The notes beneath the pieces are model-generated. The model was given only the letters and a program-made list of their open reading frames with translations, had not been told where the DNA came from and made no database searches. From a virus: a stretch of 64,000 nucleotides of DNA. Position numbers and translations under genes: made by a program. Shown piece after piece: positions 28,895 to 39,206 of this stretch; position 1 is the stretch's first letter, and each line of letters begins with the position of its first letter. The stretch lies in the IMG/VR virus record IMGVR_UViG_3300035666_000005, positions 1-64,000 of that record. One strand, written 5' to 3'.

Positions 28895-29626
28895 TTAAAC
28901 TTGATTTATAACTTTAAAACCTTTACTTACAATATAATTTAGATATTTATACATATCTGGGATAGCAAATTTGCATGTTGCCTCCGCTCCATCACCATAT
29001 TCTATAGCTTTTAAACTGCCCCACATTTCTTTATTATTTTTGGGGTGTGGAGGAACATAAGTATTTAATCCATAATGTTTTTGAATTGCATATGAAAAAT
29101 GCATATCCTCACCAGCATAAAAAAATTCTGATGGCGGCATTTCATACCAGTAAGCAGAAAGCCATTCGCGTTCAAAAAACCAAGAATGACCTACAATATC
29201 AACCTGAACTGGCTCTTCATTTTTTGTTTCCCAGCCAACTCCATGTGTATGATGATAAGAATTAGACTTTTCAAAAATTACACCCCTAGCCCCTAAAAGC
29301 CCTCGATGTGTTTGCATGGTATCAAGACAATTTTCCAACCATTTTGATCCTGGAATTGTATCATCATCAAAAATACATACATATTTCGTTCGAGAATTCA
29401 AAGCATAAGCAAAACGCGACCAAACCCCCAAATTTTGATTGCAAATTGCTGAAATACAATTATTGATAACGGGTTGTGGAAATTGATTATATGTATCTGT
29501 GTGAAAATTTTGCCATATAAAAATATTGTGTGGCTGAATTGTTTGGTTTATAATAGAATTATATTGTTCTTCTAAATAATTAGGTCTACGATATCCGTTT
29601 AAAATTACTGTAATTGAATTATCCAT
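28895..29626 (-). CDS. GT-A (family 2-like) glycosyltransferase
   Basis: YRRP..L..Q, N.GVW.RF, IFDDD, GED. Confidence 0.8.
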   Translation of the reverse strand: MDNSITVILNGYRRPNYLEEQYNSIINQTIQPHNIFIWQNFHTDTYNQFPQPVINNCISAICNQNLGVWSRFAYALNSRTKYVCIFDDDTIPGSKWLENCLDTMQTHRGLLGARGVIFEKSNSYHHTHGVGWETKNEEPVQVDIVGHSWFFEREWLSAYWYEMPPSEFFYAGEDMHFSYAIQKHYGLNTYVPPHPKNNKEMWGSLKAIEYGDGAEATCKFAIPDMYKYLNYIVSKGFKVINQV

Positions 29627-29634
29627 AATATATA

Positions 29635-30420
29635 TTAATCATTTTTTACAAATGGGTATTTATTAAAAAAATAGATTGGCCTCATTAGGTCATTTGGCTG
29701 ATCTAATATTGTAGGAAAACTATCTTTGTTTAATTCTGGTTTATTTTTAAATTCTGTTTTTCTAATAAAAGTCATTTCAAAATTTTCTGGCATTATTAAA
29801 TTATTAAAATTACAAATAGCACTACAATTATTATGATGAAAATGTATTGCATAATGTGTTTTATTAATTTTTTCAATCATACGCCATTTAATCTTATCAT
29901 AAGGCTCATGAAATTCAATTGCAATTTGTTTAAACTTTGATAACTGTTGCTCGGTTAAAGTATTCAACCAAAGATACTCATCTCCTTCAATATCCATCTT
30001 TAAAAAGATATTGTTAAGATTCATAATATAATTATGTAAATTTTCTTCGGTATCAGAGTTAACATCGGAAATTTGTTTTTTTATAAAAATAATTTTTTTA
30101 TTATCTGTTGGAAGATTATCAATCGAATGATCAAAAGCTGTACATACATTTTTATATTTTTCTATAAATGCTTCTTCAAAAGAAATATCATCTTTAACAC
30201 CACAGCTTAAAAAATTATCATAGTTATCAATATCTGCTATAATATAACCACCATCATTTTGCTTACCCAAGCGAATTTTAGAAAACGGCGATTCATAAAT
30301 TTGTAGACAACTTAAAGGAAAATCTTCTCTTATGTATTTAAATTTATCGAGTCTTACGATATCTGCAGGGTCAATCCCTAATTGACTTGCAAATGTAAAA
30401 TATTTGTCAGGAATTTTCAT
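29635..30420 (-). CDS. SAM methyltransferase-like protein (FkbM/Methyltransf_22)
   Basis: RLG..NDGGY, DISFE, LKMDIEGDE, QIAIEFH. Confidence 0.8.
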   Translation of the reverse strand: MKIPDKYFTFASQLGIDPADIVRLDKFKYIREDFPLSCLQIYESPFSKIRLGKQNDGGYIIADIDNYDNFLSCGVKDDISFEEAFIEKYKNVCTAFDHSIDNLPTDNKKIIFIKKQISDVNSDTEENLHNYIMNLNNIFLKMDIEGDEYLWLNTLTEQQLSKFKQIAIEFHEPYDKIKWRMIEKINKTHYAIHFHHNNCSAICNFNNLIMPENFEMTFIRKTEFKNKPELNKDSFPTILDQPNDLMRPIYFFNKYPFVKND

Positions 30421-31385
30421 ACTAAATTATCTATAAAATTTTTTAATTTTTCAAATTCGATTTCATTATTAATAGATTCTCTTATAGTTTTTGCGCACTG
30501 TTCTTGTATAGAATGTCTAAAGTCTTTATTATTAATAAAATTAAGCGCTTTCATTTTAAATTCTTCTGGCGTTTCAAAAAAGAAAGCGGTTTTATTTTCA
30601 ATACACCATTGCTGTAAGCTTTTATTCTGAGAATATGGTCGTGCTAAAAATACTGGTCTTCCAGTAGCTAAGCTTTCTATGATAGAGTAACCATAACCTT
30701 CCAATCTTTTAATATGAACTGTAGCAATACTATCTCTTAAATTTTTTAACATATCTTCTCTTGAGCATCGATCACAAGGTTTAAAATCAATTTCTTGTAT
30801 ACTATTCATTAATTTAAAACAAAAATCATGGTCGTGTGGGAATGCTTCCTTATATTTGTTAATATAAGAACCAAATATATTACCGTCACTAATTCCTTGA
30901 TACTTAAAAAAATCATAGTTTACTTCTGGTTTATAATATAAATAATTTAAATTATATTTTAATGATAAAAGAAATCCAGTATAATCTGCACAAAGATAAT
31001 TTCTAATTATAGAAAAATTATAAGCACCATCCCAATAATCATTTCCACTATATGCAACAAATTTACTGTAGTTTTTAAGGTGAGGGTATAATTCATTTAA
31101 AATTTCAGGCTGTGAATCAACACATGTTAAAAACATGATTTCTGGTTTAATATCAAGTATTTCTTCTTTAGATAAAACAAGAACGTTCGAGCCAATTTCT
31201 TTATTTGCTTTTTCTTGGGTCCAATAAGTATTCCATGCCCACATATTTTCTTTATTTTGCCAAGAAACATGATGAGTTGGTTTATATTTATCAGAAGGTA
31301 TAATTAAAGTATGCCCCATCTTCTTAAAGGAAGATGCGATACTTTGTGTTAAATATATATGAATATCTGGCCAAAAAATATGCAT
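30417..31385 (-). CDS. GT-B glycosyltransferase
   Basis: EGYGYSIIESLATGRPV signature. Confidence 0.8.
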   Translation of the reverse strand: MHIFWPDIHIYLTQSIASSFKKMGHTLIIPSDKYKPTHHVSWQNKENMWAWNTYWTQEKANKEIGSNVLVLSKEEILDIKPEIMFLTCVDSQPEILNELYPHLKNYSKFVAYSGNDYWDGAYNFSIIRNYLCADYTGFLLSLKYNLNYLYYKPEVNYDFFKYQGISDGNIFGSYINKYKEAFPHDHDFCFKLMNSIQEIDFKPCDRCSREDMLKNLRDSIATVHIKRLEGYGYSIIESLATGRPVFLARPYSQNKSLQQWCIENKTAFFFETPEEFKMKALNFINNKDFRHSIQEQCAKTIRESINNEIEFEKLKNFIDNLV

Positions 31386-31387
31386 TT

Positions 31388-32482
31388 TTATTTAGACAAA
31401 ATGTTTTTGAACTTTTCAAAAAGATATAAACATATTTTTTGATTTGTTTCGAGAAATGATCTTAATTGATCCATTCCTTGAATTTTTTCAGGAAAAATTT
31501 CTGAGATATCTTCTTTAATATCTTTAATAAGACCGTCGTCAAAAGAAATCCATGCCCCACTTTTTTTAGCAAATCCCCATTGAATTAACATATCTGCAAC
31601 TTCATATTCAGTCCAGATACTTTTTCCATCACTTCTTCCATGTCTAATTGGATAAGTAACTTCAACGCCATCTTTTTCATTAGTAGTTTTTCGAAGAAGA
31701 ATTTTTGACCAATGACCAATAATTTTATCACCCTCTACAATTTGATCTGATTTATATCTAGGTTGAAATTCAAAAATCCAATCGGCATAATGTTGTAAAG
31801 CGTTTCCTCCAGAACTATTAGTAAGTTTTGGATCAGTTTTTGCATATGGATTAATTTGAACATTTGAACGAACTTGAGAAATTAAACCACAAATATGTCC
31901 AAACGTTGAAAGTGGTAACATAATTCTGCGTAAAAAATTTGAAGTAAGAACCGCACCAGCCGCGACTTTAGCACTATCTTCAAATCCTTTATTTAAATCA
32001 TTTTTAGAAATAAGTGCGTCCATACTGTCTATAAGAAAATAATAGCGTGTATTTTCTGGATTATTTTTTATTAATTCTAAAATAAGAGTGGCAATATTTT
32101 CATAAATATTAGACCGTAATACGAAACATGTACCATTTTCCCATTTTTGAGGGTCGTCTACGAAACTAACTCCAGATATTTTTTTTACATTTGAATTGAG
32201 ACGCCCTTCAGCTTTAACAAGAAAACCTTTAGAATTAGGGACTGTTTTTAGAAAATTATTCATAATAAGCAAAGCAGAACTTGTTTTTCCACCACCGCTT
32301 ACTCCAGTAAAGCGCACAATTGCAGGAACTTCTAATGAACCTCCAAGCTCTGAGTCTAAAAGAAGAGACCCTGTTGATACTTGAAAAACTTGTTCGTCTT
32401 CAAAATTATAATGCGAATCTTTATTATCTTTAAGATGTGAAGATAATATACTTTTGCCTGTTACAGTGTTTTCTTTGCCCAT
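31388..32482 (-). CDS. recA: RecA/UvsX-family recombinase
   Basis: STGSLLLD..LGG, GVSGGGKTS, IDSMDAL, ISQVR, GGNALQHYA, KSGAW. Confidence 0.9.
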   Translation of the reverse strand: MGKENTVTGKSILSSHLKDNKDSHYNFEDEQVFQVSTGSLLLDSELGGSLEVPAIVRFTGVSGGGKTSSALLIMNNFLKTVPNSKGFLVKAEGRLNSNVKKISGVSFVDDPQKWENGTCFVLRSNIYENIATLILELIKNNPENTRYYFLIDSMDALISKNDLNKGFEDSAKVAAGAVLTSNFLRRIMLPLSTFGHICGLISQVRSNVQINPYAKTDPKLTNSSGGNALQHYADWIFEFQPRYKSDQIVEGDKIIGHWSKILLRKTTNEKDGVEVTYPIRHGRSDGKSIWTEYEVADMLIQWGFAKKSGAWISFDDGLIKDIKEDISEIFPEKIQGMDQLRSFLETNQKICLYLFEKFKNILSK

Positions 32483-32814
32483 AGATTTAGAAATTGTCTT
32501 AAATTGATGACCTTATCTACATCATATGAGTTTTTGTTTTCTAAAGCAATATTATTATTTTCTATTTCAAATTTTTTTGCTTCTGGTAAATTTAAATTAA
32601 ACTTTTTATATTCTTTATTAAGAAATTTCCTTCCATCATCAGATAAAAACCAGCAAAGACTATTTAATTTAAACGATAAGTCAAGATTATTCCAAAAATC
32701 TTCGTTTGGAAAAATTTTAAATAAACTTTTGACCATTTTCATTTCTTTTGGCCAAATAATATTATGAGAATCTTTTATAAATTTTTTTATAAAATCTTTT
32801 TTATTTAGATTCAT
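32461..32814 (-). CDS. Hypothetical protein
   Basis: Start set at MNLNKK, which overlaps the upstream gene. Confidence 0.6.
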   Translation of the reverse strand: MNLNKKDFIKKFIKDSHNIIWPKEMKMVKSLFKIFPNEDFWNNLDLSFKLNSLCWFLSDDGRKFLNKEYKKFNLNLPEAKKFEIENNNIALENKNSYDVDKVINLRQFLNLWAKKTL

Positions 32815-32998
32815 ATTCTTCACAAGATTCGCAAAAAGTATGATTAATATTAAAGATATTACGCTTAATACAAGAAAAACCTTTTTGTTCATAGTCTCCA
32901 CCTTTACATGAACATCTTTTAATAATTTTGGTTATAGGTTCTATTGACCGATGTTTACATGTATCAAATTTAGTTTGAACTTGGATTGCTTCTCCCAT
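32801..32998 (-). CDS. Small Cys-rich (possible Zn-binding) protein
   Basis: C..CSC..C..CESC in 65 aa; GTGTAA at 33009-33014. Confidence 0.6.
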   Translation of the reverse strand: MGEAIQVQTKFDTCKHRSIEPITKIIKRCSCKGGDYEQKGFSCIKRNIFNINHTFCESCEEYESK

Positions 32999-33003
32999 AT
33001 ATT

Positions 33004-34062
33004 TTATATTACACTAATATTAATTAAATTTAAATCATTTTTTACCATTAATTCAACTAAGTTTTCAAAATTAATTTCAGCATTCCAATTTAGTTCTTCT
33101 TTGGCTTTTTTAGGATTTCCTAACAATAGATCTACCTCTGCCGGTCTATAAAAATTAGGATTAATTTTAACTAAAACTTGTTGTTTATCAGAAAATAGTT
33201 GTTCATTTATTTCTGAATGATCCTTAGATGAATAGCCCCAATAACTTTTAATTCCAGCAAAATAAAAAGCTTTTTCTATAAATTCTTTTACGGTATATGT
33301 TTTTCCAGAGGCTAATAAATATTCTTTTGGATAGGATTGATTTAACATTAGCCAAACTCCTTTAACAAAATCTTTTGCATGACTCCAATCTCGTTTAGCA
33401 TAAATGTTCCCAAGCTCTAAAGGTTTAAAATCTATATTATCTTCTATAGCTTTTTTTATACGAGCAACTTCTTTTGTAATTTTACGAGTAACAAATTCTT
33501 CACCTCTTCTTTCGCTTTCATGGTTATACAATAAGCCTTGAATAGCGTAAAGGTTATAACTTTCTCTATAAACTTTTACAATATGTCTTGCCGCAGCTTT
33601 TGCTGCTCCATAGGGACTTCTTGGCTTTAATGGGTGGTTTTCATCTTGCGGACTATAGTCTACATTACCAAGTTCTTCTGAAGATCCCGCATTATAAAAT
33701 CTACATTGTGGAGCATGTTTTCGAATTGCTTCTAAACATCTAATAACTCCAATTGCATCAATATCAAAAGTTTGCTCTGGGATTTGCCAAGAAGCTCCAA
33801 CAAAACTTTGGGCTGCTAAATTAATAAAATAATCTGGCTTAATTTGTATTACAATATTGTCTATTGATTGCGAATCTGTTAAATCTCCAATTACTAATTT
33901 AAATCTATTATTATTTAATAAATGTTTTATATTATGATAGTTATTTGTAGAAGTTCTTCTAACCATACCATATATTTCATAATCTGTATTTTCTAAAAGA
34001 TAATCAGCCATGTAACTCCCATCTTGCCCAGTTACACCAGTAATAATTACTTTTTTAAGCAT
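33004..34062 (-). CDS. gmd: GDP-mannose 4,6-dehydratase
   Basis: ITGVTGQDGSY, NLAAQSFV, PRSPYGAAK, NHESERRG, FVTRKIT, RPAEVDLLLG. Confidence 0.95.
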   Translation of the reverse strand: MLKKVIITGVTGQDGSYMADYLLENTDYEIYGMVRRTSTNNYHNIKHLLNNNRFKLVIGDLTDSQSIDNIVIQIKPDYFINLAAQSFVGASWQIPEQTFDIDAIGVIRCLEAIRKHAPQCRFYNAGSSEELGNVDYSPQDENHPLKPRSPYGAAKAAARHIVKVYRESYNLYAIQGLLYNHESERRGEEFVTRKITKEVARIKKAIEDNIDFKPLELGNIYAKRDWSHAKDFVKGVWLMLNQSYPKEYLLASGKTYTVKEFIEKAFYFAGIKSYWGYSSKDHSEINEQLFSDKQQVLVKINPNFYRPAEVDLLLGNPKKAKEELNWNAEINFENLVELMVKNDLNLINISVI

Positions 34063-34492
34063 ATTCTTCATCATCGTCATCATCGTCTTTATTTGGTGGT
34101 TCGTATTTTTGCTGATTGTCTAAAGTTTTAAGAAAAAAATTTTCTATTTGATTTAATATATTATTATATTTTTCTTGATATATTTCTGTGCTTTCTGTTA
34201 TTTCATTACTATTTTGAAGGGCAGAGTAAAATACATTTTTAGGAGAATTTAATATATCATTAATAATTTTTAAATCTGATCCTGCAATGTTTTGGTGTGC
34301 AAATTTTTTCCATGTTTTAATAAATTCTTTATGAACATGTTGATTTTTAAATTCGTTTTCTTCGTTTATATAATTAGCTATATAGTTAAAACAAAAAAAT
34401 AACATAGACCATTGAAGATTTTGCATAAATTTTGTTTCTAATGTTTGGTCCATTGAATCTCTTAAATCTTTATGCAAATCTTTATTTTTCAT
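34055..34492 (-). CDS. Hypothetical protein with acidic tail
   Basis: ORF between nrdJ and gmd. Confidence 0.6.
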   Translation of the reverse strand: MKNKDLHKDLRDSMDQTLETKFMQNLQWSMLFFCFNYIANYINEENEFKNQHVHKEFIKTWKKFAHQNIAGSDLKIINDILNSPKNVFYSALQNSNEITESTEIYQEKYNNILNQIENFFLKTLDNQQKYEPPNKDDDDDDEEYA

Positions 34493-36471
34493 TATTTTAT
34501 TGGGCAAGCGCCGCCTTCACATTCGATACCTTCTAAAGCTTCGTTACCAATATTTTGATTCAAAATAGAAATAGGTTTTACTTTAGATTTTTTAATTTCA
34601 TATTGTTCTTTTGTAATTTCTTCGTAAGGAGCTTGTTTGAAACCATGTTTTTGTCTCAATAGAAAGCTTACAGATTTAATTCCATTTTCATAATTATCTG
34701 ATAGCCATTGTTTTAAAGACGGAAGTTCATCTTCTGAATAATAAGCTGTAACACTAACAGCATTATCAGACCAAACTTCTTGAAGTTTTTTTACCATATC
34801 AAGTTGTTTAATTACCCCCATATCATCAGCGAATAAAGCTCCATCTGGAGTTTCACAAGGAAACTCAACTACTACGGTATCATGATTTTCAGAACCATCA
34901 AAATTAACTACATATTCAGTATAATAACCCAAATCCCTGCAATAAGAAACTAAAGGATCATTACTAGCCATACGAATTCTACGTGTATAATATTTAGAAT
35001 AAGCAGGATGAACACCTGGAGTAGCACCAGCAAGAAGACTCAATGTTCCACTTGGTTTAACAGTTGTTAATTTGATACTACGATTCCATCCACGCTCTTT
35101 ACTCCACTCTTTGTCAAATTTACGAAGTTCTTTATAGCAAGCGTCAAGCCAGTCAATTTTATCCAAAGATTGACAAATACCTGTGACCCCCAAACCAAGG
35201 CGCATATTTTTATGTACAATTTTATTTGTTTCTTCATGAATAAAAGGTAGCGCAGCAATAGCTTTTTGAGTTTTATATAAAAGTCTCGCGCAAAGAATTA
35301 ATTCTTCTTTCGAAGAAATATTATTTAGATATAGTTCTGATAAGTTGCAGCATTCATAAGAAGCTAGACTTATTTCTCCACAAGGGTTTGTTCCAACTAC
35401 ATTATCTTCATCGGTGGGATAAAGATTACTATCTTTCATCGGACCATCTTTTAAACGTCCATACTTTTGAGAAAGAGGAAGATTAAAAAATCCATAAGGC
35501 TCACCTTTAGCAAAACCTGTTTCAGAATCTAGAGCATAACCATTATTCCATATCTCATTTGAGATATGAGAAAAATCATCTGCATAAATTGTATTATTAG
35601 ACATGGCTCTCCAATTTGGAATATTACCAAGCGACCAATTTTTGGCACGAAGAAACAAATAATCATCTGGATCTCCAATAGCAATTTGAGCACTACGACG
35701 AACATTGCCAGAAACAACAATCCCACCAATGATATTACAAATATCAAGAACATCAATAGAACGAAGTTTTTTACCTTCTCTAGTTTGAAAGATTTTGTTA
35801 ATTTTTTCTATACCGTCAATAAGAATTTGAGGTCCACTAGCAATACCTCCAAATCCACCAATACGTTCTCCAGCGCCACGAATTAAAATTGTCGAATAAT
35901 TAAATGATTTTCCTTTAATAAAGAAGGCTTCGAGAACTCTTTCTAAAAGTCTAATCCAGCCTTCACGACTATCTGGTACAATAAAATCGGCATCTTTTGT
36001 ATTTTTATGAACAATATTAACTTCTTTTTTGATGCGTGGTAATTCATGAATATCTTCACGACGAATTGAAAATCCTACGCCCCCACCTAACATCAAGTTT
36101 TCAAAAAGGAAAAGAAAAGACCTAATACTATTCATTGACACATTCCAGCAGTTAAGAAGTGAATTCGCGCCGAAACGATCAACGGTCGGAGTCCCAAGCT
36201 GCCAGAGCATTCTTCCGGCAAAATTACATTTAAGATTAAAAATAAGATCGAAAAGCTGTTCAGCTTCTTCTTGTGTATAATTTGCACCAATTTTTTGCGC
36301 CCCATTAACACAGCGCCGAATAGTTTCATGCCATTCCTCTGTCTTGCCATCTTCTTTAAGACGAGCATAAGTTCTCTTATAAACAATATATCCCAAACCA
36401 TTAAAACCCCAATTTGGCTGCTTATTTGAATATTTGTTTGCGAATTTCTCTGAAATAATTTCTGTGTTCAT
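34492..36471 (-). CDS. nrdJ: Class II (B12-dependent, monomeric RTPR-like) ribonucleotide reductase
   Basis: YKRTYAR, AGRMLW, NC, GNVRRSA, GTNPCGEI, CNL, TTVKPSGT, C-terminal CEGGACP. Confidence 0.93.
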   Translation of the reverse strand: MNTEIISEKFANKYSNKQPNWGFNGLGYIVYKRTYARLKEDGKTEEWHETIRRCVNGAQKIGANYTQEEAEQLFDLIFNLKCNFAGRMLWQLGTPTVDRFGANSLLNCWNVSMNSIRSFLFLFENLMLGGGVGFSIRREDIHELPRIKKEVNIVHKNTKDADFIVPDSREGWIRLLERVLEAFFIKGKSFNYSTILIRGAGERIGGFGGIASGPQILIDGIEKINKIFQTREGKKLRSIDVLDICNIIGGIVVSGNVRRSAQIAIGDPDDYLFLRAKNWSLGNIPNWRAMSNNTIYADDFSHISNEIWNNGYALDSETGFAKGEPYGFFNLPLSQKYGRLKDGPMKDSNLYPTDEDNVVGTNPCGEISLASYECCNLSELYLNNISSKEELILCARLLYKTQKAIAALPFIHEETNKIVHKNMRLGLGVTGICQSLDKIDWLDACYKELRKFDKEWSKERGWNRSIKLTTVKPSGTLSLLAGATPGVHPAYSKYYTRRIRMASNDPLVSYCRDLGYYTEYVVNFDGSENHDTVVVEFPCETPDGALFADDMGVIKQLDMVKKLQEVWSDNAVSVTAYYSEDELPSLKQWLSDNYENGIKSVSFLLRQKHGFKQAPYEEITKEQYEIKKSKVKPISILNQNIGNEALEGIECEGGACPIK

Positions 36472-36484
36472 TTTAGTATTATAA

Positions 36485-36513
36485 ATTATACATCAATATG
36501 ATTTACGTGGCAA
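36485..36513 (-). promoter_or_regulatory. sigma70-like promoter of nrdJ
   Basis: TTGCCA-N17-TATAAT. Confidence 0.7.
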
Positions 36514-36544
36514 AAAAATAAAAACTATCAAAATGAAAAATATT

Positions 36545-36883
36545 TCATTGAACAGATTTTGGTGTATAGTTTAAATTTCTTTTTTGTTTCCAATTTCTAA
36601 CGTAATCTTTTTTTACTGGGTCATTTTGACTTCCACCACGTTTTTCGCTTAATTCTTTAGAAAGATCCATCATTTCACCAAATGTTCCGGCTTTATTAGT
36701 TTTATCCATAAAAGCGCGTTTAGAATATGGATCAATATTAGTATCAATACTAGCTTGTGGAATTACAAATTCTCGATTCCATTTAAGACCATCTTCATCA
36801 ATATATATTTTTTCATCGTTCATATGAAAAAATATTTCTTGAATTTCGCCGCTTTCTGGATGACTAAACAAATAATAAGGCAT
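36545..36883 (-). CDS. FmdB-like small protein lacking the Cys ligands
   Basis: MPYYLF...GEIQE..FHM N-terminus; SKELSEKR..DP. Confidence 0.55.
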   Translation of the reverse strand: MPYYLFSHPESGEIQEIFFHMNDEKIYIDEDGLKWNREFVIPQASIDTNIDPYSKRAFMDKTNKAGTFGEMMDLSKELSEKRGGSQNDPVKKDYVRNWKQKRNLNYTPKSVQ

Positions 36884-36886
36884 ACC

Positions 36887-37039
36887 TTATTTTATTTGTT
36901 TTTTATTCATTTTTCTAATTTGATAAGCTCTTGGAGACATTCTACGTAATTCTCCATTTGGCATTCGCATGTATTCCGTACCATCTTTAAATTGAAGTTT
37001 TTCTCCTAAAAATTTAGTATTAGTATTTTCTATGTTCAT
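36887..37039 (-). CDS. 50-aa hypothetical protein
   Basis: MNIENTNTKFLGEK... fills the gap exactly and overlaps the upstream stop; not in the ORF track. Confidence 0.55.
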   Translation of the reverse strand: MNIENTNTKFLGEKLQFKDGTEYMRMPNGELRRMSPRAYQIRKMNKKQIK

Positions 37040-38124
37040 ATATTTTCAAGAATATTTAATATTTTATTTACCATATTTTTATAAGAAAATGCTTCTTGTA
37101 ATTTTAAACCAGAAGTATTAATTGAGTTTTCTAAATAACGTTTTTCAATTTTATCCAAACCATTTAAGAAATCTTCTTCTGACCAATCAAAAATATTACC
37201 CTGATTAAATTCTAAACCCTGTTTAAAGAAAATATTATCATAAACAGGAATTTTTCCAAAAGGATCAATTAAGACAGTATTACTTTCATTCATCCAATCT
37301 TTATATGCATGAGCATTTAAACCTAAACAATGTTTTCCAAGAGCTACAGTTTGAAATTCTGGTAAACCCCAACCTTCTCCGCCACTCATTGCCAGAACAA
37401 TATCAGTATTATTTAACAAATCATTATAAGCTTCATTAGAGGGTATGAAATTTAGAAAATTTATATTCCAAAATTTTTGATTATTTAAAGCCTGATTAAT
37501 AAGCTGCATTTGAGCTTGAGGATCTAAAAAGTTATTAAATATAGCACAGTTCAAACTATATTTAGTATTGTTTCCATATTTTTTAGCCCATAATTGCAGT
37601 GTTTTTAAATGTCTTTTTCTTTGAGGTTCTAATTTCCCAAATAAACCAAAATTAATAGTATCTCTTTTTTTAGGTAAAACTTGTTTAAAGTGAGCATTAT
37701 CGAACCCCAAAGGGATAAAATCTACATTATCTATGCCAAAATTTTTAAATACATTTACAGAATAATTGCTTGAAAATAAAACTAAATGATTATTTTTTAT
37801 AATATTTTTTTCTGAAGTAGTCGGAGAATCAACTTCATAAAAAGTTAATAATACTTGTTTGTTAGAATAACTTTCTAAACTACCATTCAAATGCCATAAT
37901 TTGAAAATAGGATTATTTCTATTGTGTATTTTAGTTGATTTTAAAATAGATTCTTGAATCCAATTAAAAAATTGTACGTCTTGTTGTTGAGTTGATATAT
38001 CAACATTTCCAATTGGAAATAATACTATTTCTTTATTTTGTTTATAAAGTTCTCTTAAAATAGAGAAAGAGACTTGCCCTAAAGAAGTAGAATTTAAAGG
38101 TAAATTAAATGCTAACTTAGACAC
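37036..38124 (-). CDS. GT4-like glycosyltransferase
   Basis: IPLGFD, GK..RK, SGGEGWGLPEF. Confidence 0.85.
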   Translation of the reverse strand: MSKLAFNLPLNSTSLGQVSFSILRELYKQNKEIVLFPIGNVDISTQQQDVQFFNWIQESILKSTKIHNRNNPIFKLWHLNGSLESYSNKQVLLTFYEVDSPTTSEKNIIKNNHLVLFSSNYSVNVFKNFGIDNVDFIPLGFDNAHFKQVLPKKRDTINFGLFGKLEPQRKRHLKTLQLWAKKYGNNTKYSLNCAIFNNFLDPQAQMQLINQALNNQKFWNINFLNFIPSNEAYNDLLNNTDIVLAMSGGEGWGLPEFQTVALGKHCLGLNAHAYKDWMNESNTVLIDPFGKIPVYDNIFFKQGLEFNQGNIFDWSEEDFLNGLDKIEKRYLENSINTSGLKLQEAFSYKNMVNKILNILENI

Positions 38125-38127
38125 AAC

Positions 38128-38448
38128 TTAAAATGGAATTTCTTCTGTTTTTGTTTCTTTTTTTACTGTTGCCTCTGTTTTTGGACTTTCAATTTTTTTT
38201 GAATCTTCCGTGTTATCAGAATTTGTTGGTAATGAGCCTGTATTTTTTACAGGACCATTATCAAAGTAAATACGATAATCTGGTTGATTTGAACCCTCTG
38301 TTTTATATTTGTTTTTAAAAACCATCACGCTAATTTCTTCCCCAGTTTTAGATTTAATTTTTCCAGTAAGAAATTGTGTTCCAGTTTTTGATGTTTTAAT
38401 CCAAAAAGCTCCAGCTTCTTCGAGTTTAGGTTTTTCGTTTTTATCCAT
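38128..38448 (-). CDS. DUF736-like protein with SSB-type acidic tail
   Basis: GAFWIKTS, FLTG, KNKYK..NQPDYRI; ends EEIPF. Confidence 0.65.
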   Translation of the reverse strand: MDKNEKPKLEEAGAFWIKTSKTGTQFLTGKIKSKTGEEISVMVFKNKYKTEGSNQPDYRIYFDNGPVKNTGSLPTNSDNTEDSKKIESPKTEATVKKETKTEEIPF

Positions 38449-38453
38449 AGTAT

Positions 38454-39050
38454 TTATATATTAGAATTAATTGTTTTGTTTGTCAATTTTTTTTTAGCAA
38501 GTTTAATAAATTTATTATGCCAATTTAAAACAGTTTGTGGGGTTACTTTTAATATTTCAGCAATTTCTGAATAATTTAATATACGATCATTATTATAAAA
38601 ATAACGATAATATATTGCATTTTTTGTATTTGGATCGGTAATTTTATCAAATAACTCAATAATAGTATTTATAATTTCTTTTTGATTTTTATTGTTATCT
38701 TTTTTATTAAATTCATTTATATAAAATTCTAAAGAAACATCTTCGGTTGGAATTAATTTCTGATTTTTATTTTTGTAATTTAAACAAAAAAATCGAACTT
38801 GATTACCAAGCCAAGTAGAAAATTTACTACCTTTTCTTTTATCAAAAGAATTTACCGCGTTAAATACTATCCAATATCTATTGTCATTTAGTTCTTCTAA
38901 AGTTAGATTACAATTAGCACAATATTTTTTTCCAATATTAAATATCATTCCGCTATGTCTAAAAACTAATTCTTCTAAACTTTTGCTACATTTTAAATTT
39001 TTTATATTTCTAATTAATGTAGCATCTTTTAATTTTTCACAATTTAACAT
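38454..39050 (-). CDS. Phage sigma70-family sigma factor
   Basis: Region 2 AVNSFDKRKGSKFSTW and region 4 HTH YSEIAEILKVTPQTV. Confidence 0.85.
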   Translation of the reverse strand: MLNCEKLKDATLIRNIKNLKCSKSLEELVFRHSGMIFNIGKKYCANCNLTLEELNDNRYWIVFNAVNSFDKRKGSKFSTWLGNQVRFFCLNYKNKNQKLIPTEDVSLEFYINEFNKKDNNKNQKEIINTIIELFDKITDPNTKNAIYYRYFYNNDRILNYSEIAEILKVTPQTVLNWHNKFIKLAKKKLTNKTINSNI

Positions 39051-39057
39051 TGAATTA

Positions 39058-39086
39058 ATAATAAGTTATTTTGAATAACATGTCAA
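39058..39086 (-). promoter_or_regulatory. sigma70-like promoter of the sigma gene
   Basis: TTGACA-N17-TATTAT; a second TTGACA-N16-TATGAT lies at 39186-39213. Confidence 0.7.
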
Positions 39087-39120
39087 TTTCTTTAGATATA
39101 TTAAATATTATAAATATAAT

Positions 39121-39168
39121 TTTGTGAGCAAAGCGAACAAATCGAAGACGAGCAAAGCGAGGATTCGA
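39121..39168. repeat. Two GAGCAAAGCGA copies, each within a short stem
   Basis: Copies at 39126-39136 and 39150-39160; flanked by TTTGT/ACAAA and TCGAA/TTCGA. Confidence 0.75.
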
Positions 39169-39206
39169 AATAGAAATGTTCCTTTATCATATCTTTTTTG
39201 ATACTT

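Noticed and set aside
15370-36471. Inteins or group I introns in dnaE, dnaB, recA or nrdJ
   Set aside because: Lengths are normal and no splice-junction (C...HN) or LAGLIDADG motifs were seen
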